Sequence record: MT446415.1
Source: Escherichia virus TH44
Strand: one strand, 5' to 3'
Length of the DNA: 64,000 nucleotides
Positions within the stretch are counted from its first letter, which is position 1. The number at the start of each line of letters is the position of its first letter. The notes below the pieces were generated by a model. It ran no database searches. It saw only the letters and a list, made by a program, of their open reading frames with translations, and was not told the DNA's origin. Made by a program: the position numbers and the translations under genes. This document shows positions 9,204-19,547 of this stretch, one piece after another.

Positions 9204-9548
9204 ATGTCTAAAGTATTTTTTGGTAATCGCAACATTATGTTCTTTAAACAGATTAGCGTATCAGAAGCATTTGATTTAAGTTATTCGGGCGGCACAAAAG
9301 CTGTTAACCTTAAAAATTTGATGTCTGCAGAATTTGCATTCTATCAGGACCCTGAAACTGGTTTCTACAAATTTATTAAGTTCCGCATGACTATGGACCG
9401 CGATTATCGTGATGTTTATTATACAAGTTATGAAAGTGTTGTGAATGCAATTCGTGAAGCTTATGGATTGGATTCGTTATCTCTTGACCGCCTGTATAAT
9501 GCAAGCCTTTACACCAGCGGATTTATTTTAGAACAGCTTCAAAAATAG
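9204..9548 (+). CDS. hypothetical protein (114 aa)
   Basis: ORF after cassette and gaggaaatcatt SD. Confidence 0.5.
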   Translation: MSKVFFGNRNIMFFKQISVSEAFDLSYSGGTKAVNLKNLMSAEFAFYQDPETGFYKFIKFRMTMDRDYRDVYYTSYESVVNAIREAYGLDSLSLDRLYNASLYTSGFILEQLQK

Positions 9549-9621
9549 TGTACAAACTCTTGGGGTCAGAGTATAATGACCCCACTGGAGCACAAAACTT
9601 TAACTTACTGAGGAAATTAAT
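9546..9621 (+). promoter_or_regulatory. early promoter cassette (PeSL-like), type C
   Basis: near-identical to 9133 cassette: agtgtacaaactcttggggtcagagTATAATgacccc. Confidence 0.6.
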
Positions 9622-10071
9622 ATGAATACTTACATGACCCGTCGTGACGTACTGAATGCTGGCGCTACCACTGTTGCTTACATCCATAATGGTAATTATG
9701 TCGCCGGTCGCCCAACTAAAGAAGCTATCACCCAACCGGGTTTTTATTTTGTAGTTAAGGGTGAAGGTGAATCGCGTATTGTTGCGGCACGTTTTTACGT
9801 TGGTAACCAACGTTCACAACAAGGGTTTGACACTGTATTAAGTCACATCCGCAAACAGCGTTCACAACTGTCGCGCACAATGGCGAACAATGGTGTTATC
9901 TATGAAGTTCTGTTTGTTCCGGTTTCTAAAATGAAGCCTCTGACAACTGGTTATGGTAAAGGTCAAATTGCAATGGCGTTCACTCGCTCACATAGTTCTG
10001 ATTGCCAGACCCTTTCAGAAATGAATCGCATGCTTGCTGATAACTTTAAATTCATTCTGCAGAGCTATTAA
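9622..10071 (+). CDS. ndd: nucleoid disruption protein Ndd
   Basis: 149 aa; similarity to T4 Ndd incl. [23 protein letters not shown] and C-terminal [12 protein letters not shown]. Confidence 0.8.
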   Translation: MNTYMTRRDVLNAGATTVAYIHNGNYVAGRPTKEAITQPGFYFVVKGEGESRIVAARFYVGNQRSQQGFDTVLSHIRKQRSQLSRTMANNGVIYEVLFVPVSKMKPLTTGYGKGQIAMAFTRSHSSDCQTLSEMNRMLADNFKFILQSY

Positions 10072-10072
10072 T

Positions 10073-10246
10073 ATGAGACATTTCTTTACAATGGGTTACT
10101 TATTTGTTTTAGCACTATTTGTTATTACAGGAGCCTTTATAGCCTTTGGCGCTCCATTTAATGATAAAGTTGCTGTTACTATGTGCTTTAGTGGCGGATT
10201 TATCTGTTTTGAACGTTTATGTAAAATGTGTGGTATATATGAGTAA
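10073..10246 (+). CDS. small membrane protein (57 aa)
   Basis: ATG 10073 overlapping ndd stop; hydrophobic. Confidence 0.4.
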   Translation: MRHFFTMGYLFVLALFVITGAFIAFGAPFNDKVAVTMCFSGGFICFERLCKMCGIYE

Positions 10247-10319
10247 TTTCCATAATGAACATGTGATGCAATGGCATCGCCATAATCTGAAATTAACTGG
10301 CGTCTTTGGACGCCCTTGA
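10239..10319 (+). CDS. stp: Stp peptide (26 aa; anti-restriction peptide that triggers PrrC anticodon nuclease)
   Basis: [26 protein letters not shown] is near-identical to T4 Stp; not in ORF track (<60 aa). Confidence 0.8.
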   Translation: MSNFHNEHVMQWHRHNLKLTGVFGRP

Positions 10320-10326
10320 GGAAAAT

Positions 10327-10485
10327 ATGATTATTCTGGCTTTTATCGAACTTATTATTGCCGTGGTTTGTTCAGTCTGCTTCTTTTTAGGAGTCTGGAC
10401 TCCAAGCACATTTTTCATGGGCGCGATGTTTATTGCATGGGTTATTTCTGGAATTGTAAGTCTGGCGCGGTATGCGAAAAAATGA
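10327..10485 (+). CDS. small membrane protein (52 aa), candidate for T4 ac-like gene
   Basis: ATG 10327 after gaggaaaat; two hydrophobic segments. Confidence 0.35.
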   Translation: MIILAFIELIIAVVCSVCFFLGVWTPSTFFMGAMFIAWVISGIVSLARYAKK

Positions 10486-10622
10486 TTAAGAAAATCTTGG
10501 GCTACTCGTTAGCCCTTGCTGCCTTATTGGTAGCGCTGTATTATGGAGTTGTATTTGCATTAGTGCAGGTTGTGCTTTTTATTTCTGATGCTATAATGGC
10601 AGTACATTCGTTAATCTGGTAA
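10482..10622 (+). CDS. small membrane protein (46 aa)
   Basis: ATGA overlap with previous ORF; hydrophobic. Confidence 0.35.
   Translation: MIKKILGYSLALAALLVALYYGVVFALVQVVLFISDAIMAVHSLIW
10572..10598 (+). promoter_or_regulatory. candidate middle promoter for gene 52
   Basis: TGCTTTT 10573-10579, 13-nt spacer, TATAAT 10593-10598. Confidence 0.3.
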
Positions 10623-10630
10623 GGTGATAT

Positions 10631-12010
10631 ATGTCTGACGTTTTAAGTATGATGTCCAAACAGTTCAGTGATTCCATGGGGACCCTTAACCCACGCAGTC
10701 TAAAAGACATTATTGATGTGGAAGCATTATCATATGCTATCTACACTGTGGAAGGTCGCGCAATCCCAAACATGATTGATGGTTTTAAACCAGTTCACAG
10801 ATTTGTTATGGCGAGAGCATTAGACCTGGCACGTGGTGATAAGAATAAATTCCATAAGGTTGCATCCATCGCAGGTGGCGTAGCTGATTATGGTTATCAC
10901 CATGGCGAAGCATCAGCGGAAGAAGCAACTTCTGGTCTGGTCGCAACATATAAAAATGAATACCCCATGTTTGATGGACAAGGCAACTTTGGTTCCAGAA
11001 TGGTGCCAGAAGCATCATCAGCTCGTTATGTATTCGCACGGGTTTCAAAGAACTTTTATAACTTGTTTAAGGATACAGAATATGCTCCGGTCCATCCTGA
11101 TGAAGAACATAAGCCTCCTGCTTTTTATCTTCCTGTTATTCCTACTGTATTACTTAACGCCACTTCTGGGATTGCTGTTGGCTTCGCTACTGATATTCTG
11201 CCTCATTCGTTCCAGGACGTCAAGGAAGCTGTTAAAGCTATCGTGGAAGGTCGGGAGCCGGTTGCTCCGAAAGTAAAATATCCAGAATTCCGCGGTAAAG
11301 TTGTTGAGCTGGAAGAGCCTGGTAAGTATGAGCTTCATGGCACGTACAAAATGACTTCCAGGACCCAAATGGAAATTACTGAAATCCCGGTCCAATGGAA
11401 CCTGGAAAAGTATACAAGTAAAATCCTGGACCCGCTGGAAGAGAAAGGTTTTATCACCTGGAAAGATAACTGCGGCGAGCATGGTTTTGGGTTTAAGATT
11501 AAATTCCGCAAAGAATACAAGCTGGATGGCACCGAAGAAGAAAATCATGAGAAAATCATGAAAGACTTTGGTCTGATTGAGAAGCTCTCCCAGAACTTAA
11601 CAGTGCTTAATCACAAAGGCAAGCTGGCTGAATACACCAACACGCTTGACCTGATTCGTGATTTCGTTGATGTCCGTAAGACTTATGTTCAAGTGCGAAT
11701 TGACAGTAAGATTAAAGAAACTGAAGCGGCATTTAAACTGGCCCGGGCAAAAGTCTTCTTTATTAAAGAAGTGATTGATGGTAAAGTTGTTATCCAGGGG
11801 AAACCTCGTAAGAAGTTGATTGAGGAACTCCAGGCGAGTGAAATATATGGCGATTATGCAGAGAAGTTAGTGGCGATGAACATCTACCATATGACCTCTG
11901 ATGAAGCTAAGAAGCTTGCGGATGAAGCTAAGGCTAAGAAAGCTGAGCATGAGTACTGGAAGACAACTGACGTTAAAACTGAATATCTTAATGATTTGGA
12001 GGCTCTATGA
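10631..12010 (+). CDS. 52: DNA topoisomerase II medium subunit (GyrA-like)
   Basis: 459 aa; N-terminus matches T4 gp52 pattern. Confidence 0.9.
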   Translation: MSDVLSMMSKQFSDSMGTLNPRSLKDIIDVEALSYAIYTVEGRAIPNMIDGFKPVHRFVMARALDLARGDKNKFHKVASIAGGVADYGYHHGEASAEEATSGLVATYKNEYPMFDGQGNFGSRMVPEASSARYVFARVSKNFYNLFKDTEYAPVHPDEEHKPPAFYLPVIPTVLLNATSGIAVGFATDILPHSFQDVKEAVKAIVEGREPVAPKVKYPEFRGKVVELEEPGKYELHGTYKMTSRTQMEITEIPVQWNLEKYTSKILDPLEEKGFITWKDNCGEHGFGFKIKFRKEYKLDGTEEENHEKIMKDFGLIEKLSQNLTVLNHKGKLAEYTNTLDLIRDFVDVRKTYVQVRIDSKIKETEAAFKLARAKVFFIKEVIDGKVVIQGKPRKKLIEELQASEIYGDYAEKLVAMNIYHMTSDEAKKLADEAKAKKAEHEYWKTTDVKTEYLNDLEAL

Positions 12011-12096
12011 GCATAGAAAATGAATACGCAGTGATTTGTGCTGCTGTAGCTGGCCTGTTGATTGCCTGGGTTATTGGCAAAGTGATTGATTCTTAA
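12007..12096 (+). CDS. small hydrophobic peptide (29 aa)
   Basis: ATG overlaps gp52 stop; single TM-like segment; followed by terminator. Confidence 0.3.
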   Translation: MSIENEYAVICAAVAGLLIAWVIGKVIDS

Positions 12097-12101
12097 AAAC
12101 T

Positions 12102-12130
12102 AGGACCCTTCAGGGTCCTTTTTTATTTTA
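12102..12130 (+). terminator. intrinsic terminator aggacccttcagggtcct + T-run
   Basis: GC hairpin followed by ttttttatttt. Confidence 0.6.
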
Positions 12131-12217
12131 AAAAAGTAGTGTACAATCCCCTTGTCTTAGGACATAATGATTCCATACTGAGTTACACAATGAATCACAA
12201 AAACTTTGGAGAATAAA
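12131..12217 (+). promoter_or_regulatory. early promoter cassette (PeSL-like), type A
   Basis: aaaaagtagTGTACAa ... CATAAT 12163-12168, gattccatactgagttacac...ggagaataaaATG. Confidence 0.55.
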
Positions 12218-12433
12218 ATGTTTACTGCACAACAGAATGAAGGTCAAGAATACATCAACGCTAAATTCAAATCTAACAAAGAAGCTTGCTATTACTACTT
12301 TGATATGTTCAAACTGGCGAATTCTAAAGAAGAACGTAAACAAGCGATTGATGTGATTGTTTCTACTTCCCATATGAAACGTACTGTAGTACAATCATAT
12401 GCATCAAATTACATGAAATCTATTAAGGGATAA
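12218..12433 (+). CDS. hypothetical protein (71 aa)
   Basis: ATG 12218 at end of cassette. Confidence 0.5.
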   Translation: MFTAQQNEGQEYINAKFKSNKEACYYYFDMFKLANSKEERKQAIDVIVSTSHMKRTVVQSYASNYMKSIKG

Positions 12434-12435
12434 TT

Positions 12436-13044
12436 GTGAACAAGTTAAATTATATCGTTAAATGCTCCCAGAACGCGCTGCATGAGACTGATGTTAATGC
12501 TCTGGTGTTTGTATACAAAAACAACTTCGTGAGTCCAGAGGTTGTTTTAGACCAGCAGAATACATCAATTGATAGTGTGCAGACATTGTTGAATAACAAC
12601 TATGTTGAAGCTTCTGGTGATGGTTTGATGGTTACAGAAAAGGGTGTTGACCTTATTCTGGATGCAGCTGAACTTTGGGCGAATGAAAATAATCCTGACC
12701 TTCTGGAAGTGAAGAAGACAAGAACAAAACGCGGTGTGACTGATGAAATGGAAGCGACTGCAGAATATATCAAAGAGCAATTGTTGTCTATTGGTATTGA
12801 CTTTAAGAGCATTTCAGAAGACCGCAGCAATCTGATTGTGAAGTTCAAGCGTGTCAAGACATTAAAACAGATTGATGTTCGTCGTGATGGTCAGATTCGC
12901 GTACATGCGTATAATACTGAACAAAAGATAGTAAAACAGTTTACAGACGTGGGATTTAGCGTTAAAGTAGGTGGATTGAATACCTACATTGACAACGTTA
13001 TGTCAACTGAAAACATTCAACATGTTATTAACATCTTAAAGTGA
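12436..13044 (+). CDS. motA: middle transcription activator MotA
   Basis: 202 aa, GTG start; similarity to T4 MotA incl. SGDGL motif; position between 52 and asiA. Confidence 0.8.
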   Translation: MNKLNYIVKCSQNALHETDVNALVFVYKNNFVSPEVVLDQQNTSIDSVQTLLNNNYVEASGDGLMVTEKGVDLILDAAELWANENNPDLLEVKKTRTKRGVTDEMEATAEYIKEQLLSIGIDFKSISEDRSNLIVKFKRVKTLKQIDVRRDGQIRVHAYNTEQKIVKQFTDVGFSVKVGGLNTYIDNVMSTENIQHVINILK

Positions 13045-13051
13045 GGAAATT

Positions 13052-13384
13052 ATGAATAAGCTGAATATTGTTAATGAATTGCGTGCTTGTGTAGAACCTA
13101 CTCAAGAGGGTTGGGATGTTTGGTATCATGGCGCTTACCTTGGAACTATTGTCAAGGTCAAAGCTGGTCAGTATCTTATCCATCGTCAGGATGATGCAGT
13201 AGCTCCGTTTGGTGCACGCAAGAACTTCATGGCAGCGATTGGTGCCTTTGTTCCAGCAGCATATGAAGTATATAAAGCTGACTACAAAGAATATCAGGAA
13301 TCACAACCAGTTATTCGCTCAATTGGTGTTAATAAAGCTCAACAGAAAAGTCTGTGGCAACGTGTTAAAGGTTGGTTCAAATGA
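13052..13384 (+). CDS. hypothetical protein (110 aa)
   Basis: ORF after gaggaaatt SD. Confidence 0.5.
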   Translation: MNKLNIVNELRACVEPTQEGWDVWYHGAYLGTIVKVKAGQYLIHRQDDAVAPFGARKNFMAAIGAFVPAAYEVYKADYKEYQESQPVIRSIGVNKAQQKSLWQRVKGWFK

Positions 13385-13869
13385 ATCCATTAAAAGGTAA
13401 AGAATTATCCTTTAAAGACCGTATGGCCTTATTGGATAAAGCTCTTTCTCGCGAGACTCCCGAAAGTCTCGCTGCTAAATTACGGGCATATGGTGATTAC
13501 ACCGAATATACTGAAGAAGATGTTCTGGAAGAGGTTCCGGAAATCTGTTGGCAGATTGCTCATTGGAACAACAATGAAAAATATCAGCGCCGGATTGTAT
13601 GCGCTGCCAACCGCTTTAAGTTAAAAGATGGTGGGACTCTGGTTATTCCTGGTGCCAGACATTATTCCAAGGATATGGCAGAAGTGCTTGACCAGGTAAG
13701 TGATAAACTTGTGTCAGACCATGTTTGTGGTGATAACCAAGGGTTTATTGACCAATACAGCAATTACTGGACCCGTGAAGAAGCAATGATTATTGCGACT
13801 TATGCAAATCAGGTGCGTATTGAACGTGGCGGTAGTGAGAAAGAACTTTATTCAGAGGACCTTTATTAA
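13381..13869 (+). CDS. hypothetical protein (162 aa)
   Basis: ATGA overlap with previous gene; no family recognised. Confidence 0.5.
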   Translation: MNPLKGKELSFKDRMALLDKALSRETPESLAAKLRAYGDYTEYTEEDVLEEVPEICWQIAHWNNNEKYQRRIVCAANRFKLKDGGTLVIPGARHYSKDMAEVLDQVSDKLVSDHVCGDNQGFIDQYSNYWTREEAMIIATYANQVRIERGGSEKELYSEDLY

Positions 13870-14147
13870 TGAACCTTAAACAACTCCAAATTGATGCAAT
13901 CGAAAACCATATCAATCATATCAAACGTCTGAACACCATGATGGAAGACAACTGGGGAACTTATGTTAACCAGCCGGCTTGGGATGCGTTAGACCATGAA
14001 TATATAAAGGATATTAGTGATAACACGTATAGAGTTAGAGAAGGTCTGAAACCCTTCCTGCGTGATATGTATATTGCAACAAATAAAGCAATTATTAACT
14101 ATCTTGAATACAAATTAAGGGAATTGCATGAACAACCTGGTAGCTAA
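13869..14147 (+). CDS. hypothetical protein (92 aa); sits where T4 has arn, identity not established
   Basis: TAATG overlap with previous gene. Confidence 0.45.
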   Translation: MNLKQLQIDAIENHINHIKRLNTMMEDNWGTYVNQPAWDALDHEYIKDISDNTYRVREGLKPFLRDMYIATNKAIINYLEYKLRELHEQPGS

Positions 14148-14247
14148 GCACGATTTCAATAAGGCGTCTGTCCATAAGGATAAGAAGAAAACTGAAATGC
14201 AGTCCAAACGTAAGCAGAAGCACAAGGGGAATCACTATGAGTCATAA
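14128..14247 (+). CDS. small basic peptide (39 aa)
   Basis: lysine-rich; overlaps previous ORF end in another frame. Confidence 0.25.
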   Translation: MNNLVAKHDFNKASVHKDKKKTEMQSKRKQKHKGNHYES

Positions 14248-14401
14248 CTTAGAGAACACCATCACTGGTCAGCGTACACGCGAGCAGGCTTGCTTTGAGG
14301 AATTCCTTGGAGCTGATTTTAAGTTCCAGGAACCAGTTGAACAGATGTATCAGGAATATGTTGTACAGATGGAAAATCATGTGTACAACCCAGAGGAATA
14401 A
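14237..14401 (+). CDS. small acidic protein (54 aa)
   Basis: ATG 14237; below ORF-track cutoff. Confidence 0.3.
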   Translation: MSHNLENTITGQRTREQACFEEFLGADFKFQEPVEQMYQEYVVQMENHVYNPEE

Positions 14402-14459
14402 TAGTACAATATCCTTACTGAATAATTGAATGTCTTATTGAATACTTGAGTAAATTAAA

Positions 14460-14735
14460 ATGACTAAATTTGAAATCGTTTCTGAAATTGTTACTGTAAC
14501 TTCAATTTTGATTAAAACCGACCGGGAAGATATTACGATGAAGCGTGATGTGTTTATCGCGTTTTTGAATGAGTTGGGATTGAGGAATGAGAATGGTAAT
14601 GAGTTAAACAATGTATCGTTTAACAAGTTGTTTAAAAGTTTATCTGAAGATGAAATTGAACAAATCATTGAACAATTTAACGAAGGATTCGAAGATATAC
14701 ACCGTTATCTTATGATGTATACCTCCGGATTCTAA
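14460..14735 (+). CDS. asiA: anti-sigma-70 factor AsiA
   Basis: 91 aa; similarity to T4 AsiA (ASILIK..REDI, FIAFLNE, EQFNEGFE..YRYL.MYT). Confidence 0.85.
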   Translation: MTKFEIVSEIVTVTSILIKTDREDITMKRDVFIAFLNELGLRNENGNELNNVSFNKLFKSLSEDEIEQIIEQFNEGFEDIHRYLMMYTSGF

Positions 14736-15385
14736 CGTGTACGCCCGAGCGTACGACCTGCTTGTCCACACATAGCAGAAAGCCTATCAAAACTAAGGTT
14801 AGGTTTTTGCTTATACCAGTACAGCGAAACTGTGCCTGCATAAACGTTTTCCAAATTAAAGAATGGGCAGCTAAACATATATGCGAAGCTGCTTTTTTTC
14901 TTTGTTGGTAAGAATACAGATTCCGTACTGGATTCAAAATAATTACCATTAACCCCCGCCAAATATTCCGCCGAAGTTTTATCTATTGGAAACCCACCTA
15001 AATTTTTTTCGTCGACTGTATCAGGCAATATCCCCTCATATCCCACCATATCCACAAAGTAGTTAAGGTTAGTTGGTCTAAAAGAATATATTGCTGTAAA
15101 GTCTGCCCCACTTGACGAGTGGACTATCTGGATTTGCTCGATAGCTGCAATTTTAAATCTGTTATCCTGGTCTTGCCTTATCATTTCAGTGTATGAGGCA
15201 TATGAAGCATCCCTGTACGCATCTAAAAGTGCATCACCTTTATACCAGATTACCGCCATTAAAAATAATAGAACAATAACTAGTACCCGGGAAAAAACAA
15301 CTTTCCCGGTCGCATTATCTTTAAAAATTCTATCAAGAAGTCCAAAAAGTAGGTCGGGTATTGATATTCCTACTTTTGGTTCCAT
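14732..15385 (-). CDS. t: holin T
   Basis: 217 aa; strong similarity to T4 holin (FKDNATGKV, LEQLQIVH, VYSFRP.NLNYFVD, YMYSCP.FNL.N.YAGT). Confidence 0.9.
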   Translation of the reverse strand: MEPKVGISIPDLLFGLLDRIFKDNATGKVVFSRVLVIVLLFLMAVIWYKGDALLDAYRDASYASYTEMIRQDQDNRFKIAAIEQIQIVHSSSGADFTAIYSFRPTNLNYFVDMVGYEGILPDTVDEKNLGGFPIDKTSAEYLAGVNGNYFESSTESVFLPTKKKSSFAYMFSCPFFNLENVYAGTVSLYWYKQKPNLSFDRLSAMCGQAGRTLGRTR

Positions 15386-15403
15386 ACTTTTCTCCTTTAA
15401 AGA

Positions 15404-15411
15404 TATTTATA
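15404..15411 (-). promoter_or_regulatory. late promoter TATAAATA for t
   Basis: minus-strand TATAAATA 19 nt upstream of t start codon. Confidence 0.5.
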
Positions 15412-15422
15412 GCGCTTATGTA

Positions 15423-16205
15423 CTATAGCCAAGACCCATAGATAGTGCCTGTGGCGCCCCATGAAGGGGAACTTCCGAATACCGCGCGTCCGGCTCCGCC
15501 CTGCGAGCCGTATGTAACGCTTCGTCCATAAGCGCCTCCACCAGCCCCGCCCGCGTCGCCACCATTACCACCACCCCACTGTCCGCCAAAGCTACCACCG
15601 CCACCTGGTCCGGTATAACTAGCGTTGCCACCTGGGTTTACGGCACCATTAGTACCACCTAATCCATATGGTCTACCGCCACCGCCACCAGCAGTACCAG
15701 CTTCAAGCCAAGAGTTATTTGAAGCACATCCGGCACCACCGCCGCCACCTGAAGCTATAACACCATAGTTCCAAATACGGAGTCTGCCTCCAATGTCGTT
15801 TTGAATTACATCACCACCATTTGTATCGGCTATCCAAACACGGGTCCCACCATTACCGCCGCGTCCCCACATATGAACACCACCATGAATATTCAAAGTA
15901 ACGTATTCATTAGGAGTATCGCCGTACATAAAGAACAATGGAACATCTTTAGTATAAGATACTAAATCACCTGTGATATTAAACACAATAGGTGCAGCAC
16001 CGGCTTCAAAACAACGGTCTCTAAACCATTGTCCGTTAAAGTTGTGGTCCGCCCCAAGTGTATGAATTACTTCAACAGACCGACCTATCATATTACTCAT
16101 CCAAAACGGAATACCCATTCTCAATCGTTGGGCCGCGCCGCCCATCCAATTTTGTCCGGTATTAACTGCTGCAGACCATCCTACCCACGGTCCTTCAACT
16201 GCCAT
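15423..16205 (-). CDS. 38: gp38 receptor-binding adhesin, T2-type with glycine-rich motifs
   Basis: about 260 aa; C-terminal half made of poly-Gly motifs separated by short variable segments; ATG at 16203-16205 with GGAGG SD. Confidence 0.75.
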   Translation of the reverse strand: MAVEGPWVGWSAAVNTGQNWMGGAAQRLRMGIPFWMSNMIGRSVEVIHTLGADHNFNGQWFRDRCFEAGAAPIVFNITGDLVSYTKDVPLFFMYGDTPNEYVTLNIHGGVHMWGRGGNGGTRVWIADTNGGDVIQNDIGGRLRIWNYGVIASGGGGGAGCASNNSWLEAGTAGGGGGRPYGLGGTNGAVNPGGNASYTGPGGGGSFGGQWGGGNGGDAGGAGGGAYGRSVTYGSQGGAGRAVFGSSPSWGATGTIYGSWL

Positions 16206-16236
16206 ATAAACCTCCAAGGGGCCGAAGCCCCTCTTA
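16206..16236 (-). promoter_or_regulatory. intercistronic hairpin GGGGC-UUCG-GCCCC between 37 and 38
   Basis: perfect 5-bp GC stem with UUCG tetraloop on the mRNA strand, directly upstream of gp38 SD; no U-run. Confidence 0.4.
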
Positions 16237-19200
16237 TTATTTTAACAATGATTTAATTAATGCTTTAAGTTCTTCAATCTCTGATTTCAATTCTGCTATT
16301 TCTGCAGTGTGCTCATTGATTGCAGCTGTATTTAAACCAATTACACCGTTATAGTTTAAACGAAGTAAAGCTTCACCATCAGGGTCACCTTCAACCAATT
16401 CAGGTAAAATAGCTTGAACTTCTTGAGCAATTAAACCAGCATTGGGTTCCCATTTCTGATTACCTTCTTCATCCAGCCCACGTTTCTGCATATAAGTGTA
16501 ACCGTTAATTTTAGAAAGCTTCTGAGAAGCATTTTCAAATTTAACAAGGTCTTTTTTAACACGAATATCAGAACGAACATAAACGTCACGAACAAATGTT
16601 GAATAGCTATCGCTCTGTTGGATTAAATGACCGAAAGAAATAATAGCTCTTCCGGTTTCAGTCCAAAGCGCACCATTTGTACCCCATAACCCAGTATGTT
16701 CATGATAAGCAGATGACCATGAAGCAATATGCATTCCATTTGCAACCATATTGATTCGGCCATCACCACCATGTGATAATCCTGTGTCGTTATCACCAAT
16801 AGCAATACTAGGAGAGCCTAATCCATTAACAGTACCAACACCAATTGCAGGAGTCTGGACTAAAGTCGGGGCATAAAATAAACCACTAGAGTGGAATTCG
16901 AAAATACCTACAGGACCATCACCCGTATCGGCATTACCAACACGAATTATGGCTTGTCCCCATGCTTGAGGAGTACGACGCGTACCTAATTCAACAGAAG
17001 TAGTATAACCCTGGCCATTAATTACAGATTTGCCTTTAATAATAGGATAATAACAGTCTTCACCTACGCCACCGAAATCAAGGAAATAAGGTGCTTCTTC
17101 TCGCCATTGGTCACCCCAGCCACCACCGTGACGTGCAATCCAGTTAGCACCGTTCATATGAATACGGTCGCGGTTTATATTGAATATTGAAACACCTTGT
17201 GGAGATAAAATAACCTCACCATTCGGGTTAATATTGATACCGCCTTGGGATTGGAAGCTCCAGAAGGCTAAACCGTTATCAGCGCCGTCATTACCTACAT
17301 ACCAGTTATCAACGCCACCTTTTTTACCCTTAACATAACCTGCTTCATCTGCCGGATAATCAATAACCACAGCGTCTGAGTTGGTTTTAAGAGTTAAGCG
17401 GCCTGTCATCGTGTCGCCTTCTTTAGAAACACGAGTAGCAACAGCATCAAGAAGGTTAGTTATATTACCTGCACCATTAAATCCGTTCCAGATATCAGAG
17501 AAAATGTTACCATTTCGGGCAATAGAAGCTTCGCCACCACCAACCACAACGTTATCCGGGAAATGCGGAATGCAGTTACTATCAAATTTAATAATTTTGT
17601 TTTCATCACCGGCGGCATTAATTCTATGGATTACAAAATCACCAGAATTAAGTTCGGTTCCCATAGACCACATTATACCGCCATTTAAGTATTTCTGTTT
17701 TATAATTGGAATATAAGCAGAAGCGGAATCATTATCAATTTCTTGATAAATAGGTGCCGCTTGTCCGTACTGATTAATATACAGCTCGGTACCATTACCA
17801 TGGCCTGTGAACTTAATAGAACCATTTGCGTTCATATCCAAATTAGTATTATCCATATTAGGAATACTTACTTTACCTGTATCAAGGTCCATACGGAACG
17901 GGCGAAGGGGTCCGATATTTCCAGTTTTACCTTGTCCAAACTCGGTAGGAATAATATGAAGACTGTTTTCTGAGCGACGGAAAATGACACCGTAATCATC
18001 GTTCCAAATTCTAAGAGCATTGACAGCATTACCAGCAATAGTGCCAGAGGCGTTAACTTCTTTACCGACATTTATGCTTTCGTTTACATTCATACCACCA
18101 TTTAAATGGGCTTCAACGTTATTATCAGTCTTACGCTGAATATAATGCATCCAACCAACGTCATCAGATATTTCCATTACGTTTTTGCGGTCACCGGCGA
18201 CATTAGTAAAGGTGTTACCCCAAACGTTAATAGTCATGTTATCAACTGAACTATTTCCTGTAGTATTTCCTCTGAACATCAGAGTAGATGCATTGTTGCG
18301 ACCGTCAATATTAACCGAACCACCAGCCACATCTATATTACCGGGGGTAACTAACAGACCACCTGCAGTGTTAACGTTTGTAGTACCCTTACCACGGAAA
18401 TAGTGATGATAATTACCGCCTTGATAATATCCTAAAAGTGTTTGACCGTCACCATATGCGTTATTATCATGGTAAGTAACAACAGTAGCCAATGCATAGT
18501 TTTCTGACGGAGGTGTGGTCAAATCTGTGCCGTTTACGGAGTAGCCCATGACCATTTTTCTAAGACTGGTTGTTTCTGCAGGGCCGGAAAGGAAAGTTCT
18601 TGTTCCGTTGTTTACATTAAAGAAATATCCGTCTTGGTACCATTGTAAGCCGGTATCATTATCGCCAAGAGCAATTGAAGCCGTTCCTAATTCAGAATAT
18701 CCTTTAGGGCCGTTCGGAAGACCTATAGAAACAGAATGATTGGCTTTCAATCCACCCGACCAAGTAAACGACCAAAGATAAGCGTCTAGGCCATCTCCGG
18801 CATACCAGGTTATCCCGTCATTATCTTTAACTTCGTGGAATATACCTGCTCCTACAGCATTTCGCATAACACGGAGGTGGTTAATAGCTGTTTCACTTTC
18901 TGCCAATGGGCTATTATCGGCCATTGAATAGATATCATAATCGCCAGCCTTCTTCCCGTTTGTAATAACTTTATCGGTCAGAATTTGTGGAGACGAAATA
19001 GATTTCCATGCCGATACTTCAGGTGAAGTGAACAAACCATTACCTGAAAATGCATAAGTGCTTTCACTACCAGCGGCATAATCTTGAACACGGATATTAA
19101 CTACCTGAGTTGTCAAACCTGCGTTATTAGGAGAAAAGATAATGCCACGTTCACGTGATGCACCGTCAAAGAATCTCAAATGAGAAGTTGAAGCACTCTT

Positions 19201-19539
19201 AGAAATAAGTTCTCCGCCTTCAGTCATTATCTGACCTGCAGCAATAATATCACGAGTTACACGAGCAATACCGGTTAAATTAAAATCACCTGTTTGGGTA
19301 AAGGTACCATTTAGGGTGTAATCACCGGTCTGGTTGTAATTTCCTTTATGAATAACGTTACCATCAATATTACCGCCTTTAGCAAAGCCAAGGTCGATGA
19401 TGGCGCCAGTGTCATCTTTAGTAAAAAGTAAGCGGTCTTTCAGGTTGATAGCCAGTTCACCTTCAGCAAGAACTGTTGGCGCCGGGCGAACGCCGGCAAC
19501 CTTACTTCTTTTAAATTGTATTTGTTTTAAAGTAGCCAT
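16237..19539 (-). CDS. 37: long tail fiber distal subunit gp37 with C-terminal intramolecular chaperone domain
   Basis: 1100 aa; N-terminus near-identical to T4 gp37 start; C-terminal about 110 aa show SDIRVKKD auto-cleavage-type motif and coiled-coil tail. Confidence 0.9.
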   Translation of the reverse strand: MATLKQIQFKRSKVAGVRPAPTVLAEGELAINLKDRLLFTKDDTGAIIDLGFAKGGNIDGNVIHKGNYNQTGDYTLNGTFTQTGDFNLTGIARVTRDIIAAGQIMTEGGELISKSASTSHLRFFDGASRERGIIFSPNNAGLTTQVVNIRVQDYAAGSESTYAFSGNGLFTSPEVSAWKSISSPQILTDKVITNGKKAGDYDIYSMADNSPLAESETAINHLRVMRNAVGAGIFHEVKDNDGITWYAGDGLDAYLWSFTWSGGLKANHSVSIGLPNGPKGYSELGTASIALGDNDTGLQWYQDGYFFNVNNGTRTFLSGPAETTSLRKMVMGYSVNGTDLTTPPSENYALATVVTYHDNNAYGDGQTLLGYYQGGNYHHYFRGKGTTNVNTAGGLLVTPGNIDVAGGSVNIDGRNNASTLMFRGNTTGNSSVDNMTINVWGNTFTNVAGDRKNVMEISDDVGWMHYIQRKTDNNVEAHLNGGMNVNESINVGKEVNASGTIAGNAVNALRIWNDDYGVIFRRSENSLHIIPTEFGQGKTGNIGPLRPFRMDLDTGKVSIPNMDNTNLDMNANGSIKFTGHGNGTELYINQYGQAAPIYQEIDNDSASAYIPIIKQKYLNGGIMWSMGTELNSGDFVIHRINAAGDENKIIKFDSNCIPHFPDNVVVGGGEASIARNGNIFSDIWNGFNGAGNITNLLDAVATRVSKEGDTMTGRLTLKTNSDAVVIDYPADEAGYVKGKKGGVDNWYVGNDGADNGLAFWSFQSQGGININPNGEVILSPQGVSIFNINRDRIHMNGANWIARHGGGWGDQWREEAPYFLDFGGVGEDCYYPIIKGKSVINGQGYTTSVELGTRRTPQAWGQAIIRVGNADTGDGPVGIFEFHSSGLFYAPTLVQTPAIGVGTVNGLGSPSIAIGDNDTGLSHGGDGRINMVANGMHIASWSSAYHEHTGLWGTNGALWTETGRAIISFGHLIQQSDSYSTFVRDVYVRSDIRVKKDLVKFENASQKLSKINGYTYMQKRGLDEEGNQKWEPNAGLIAQEVQAILPELVEGDPDGEALLRLNYNGVIGLNTAAINEHTAEIAELKSEIEELKALIKSLLK

Positions 19540-19547
19540 AATGCCTC

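Noticed and set aside
15430-15760. GC-rich, repetitive GGN tract
   Set aside because: Not a CRISPR array or non-coding repeat; it encodes the glycine-rich motifs of gp38
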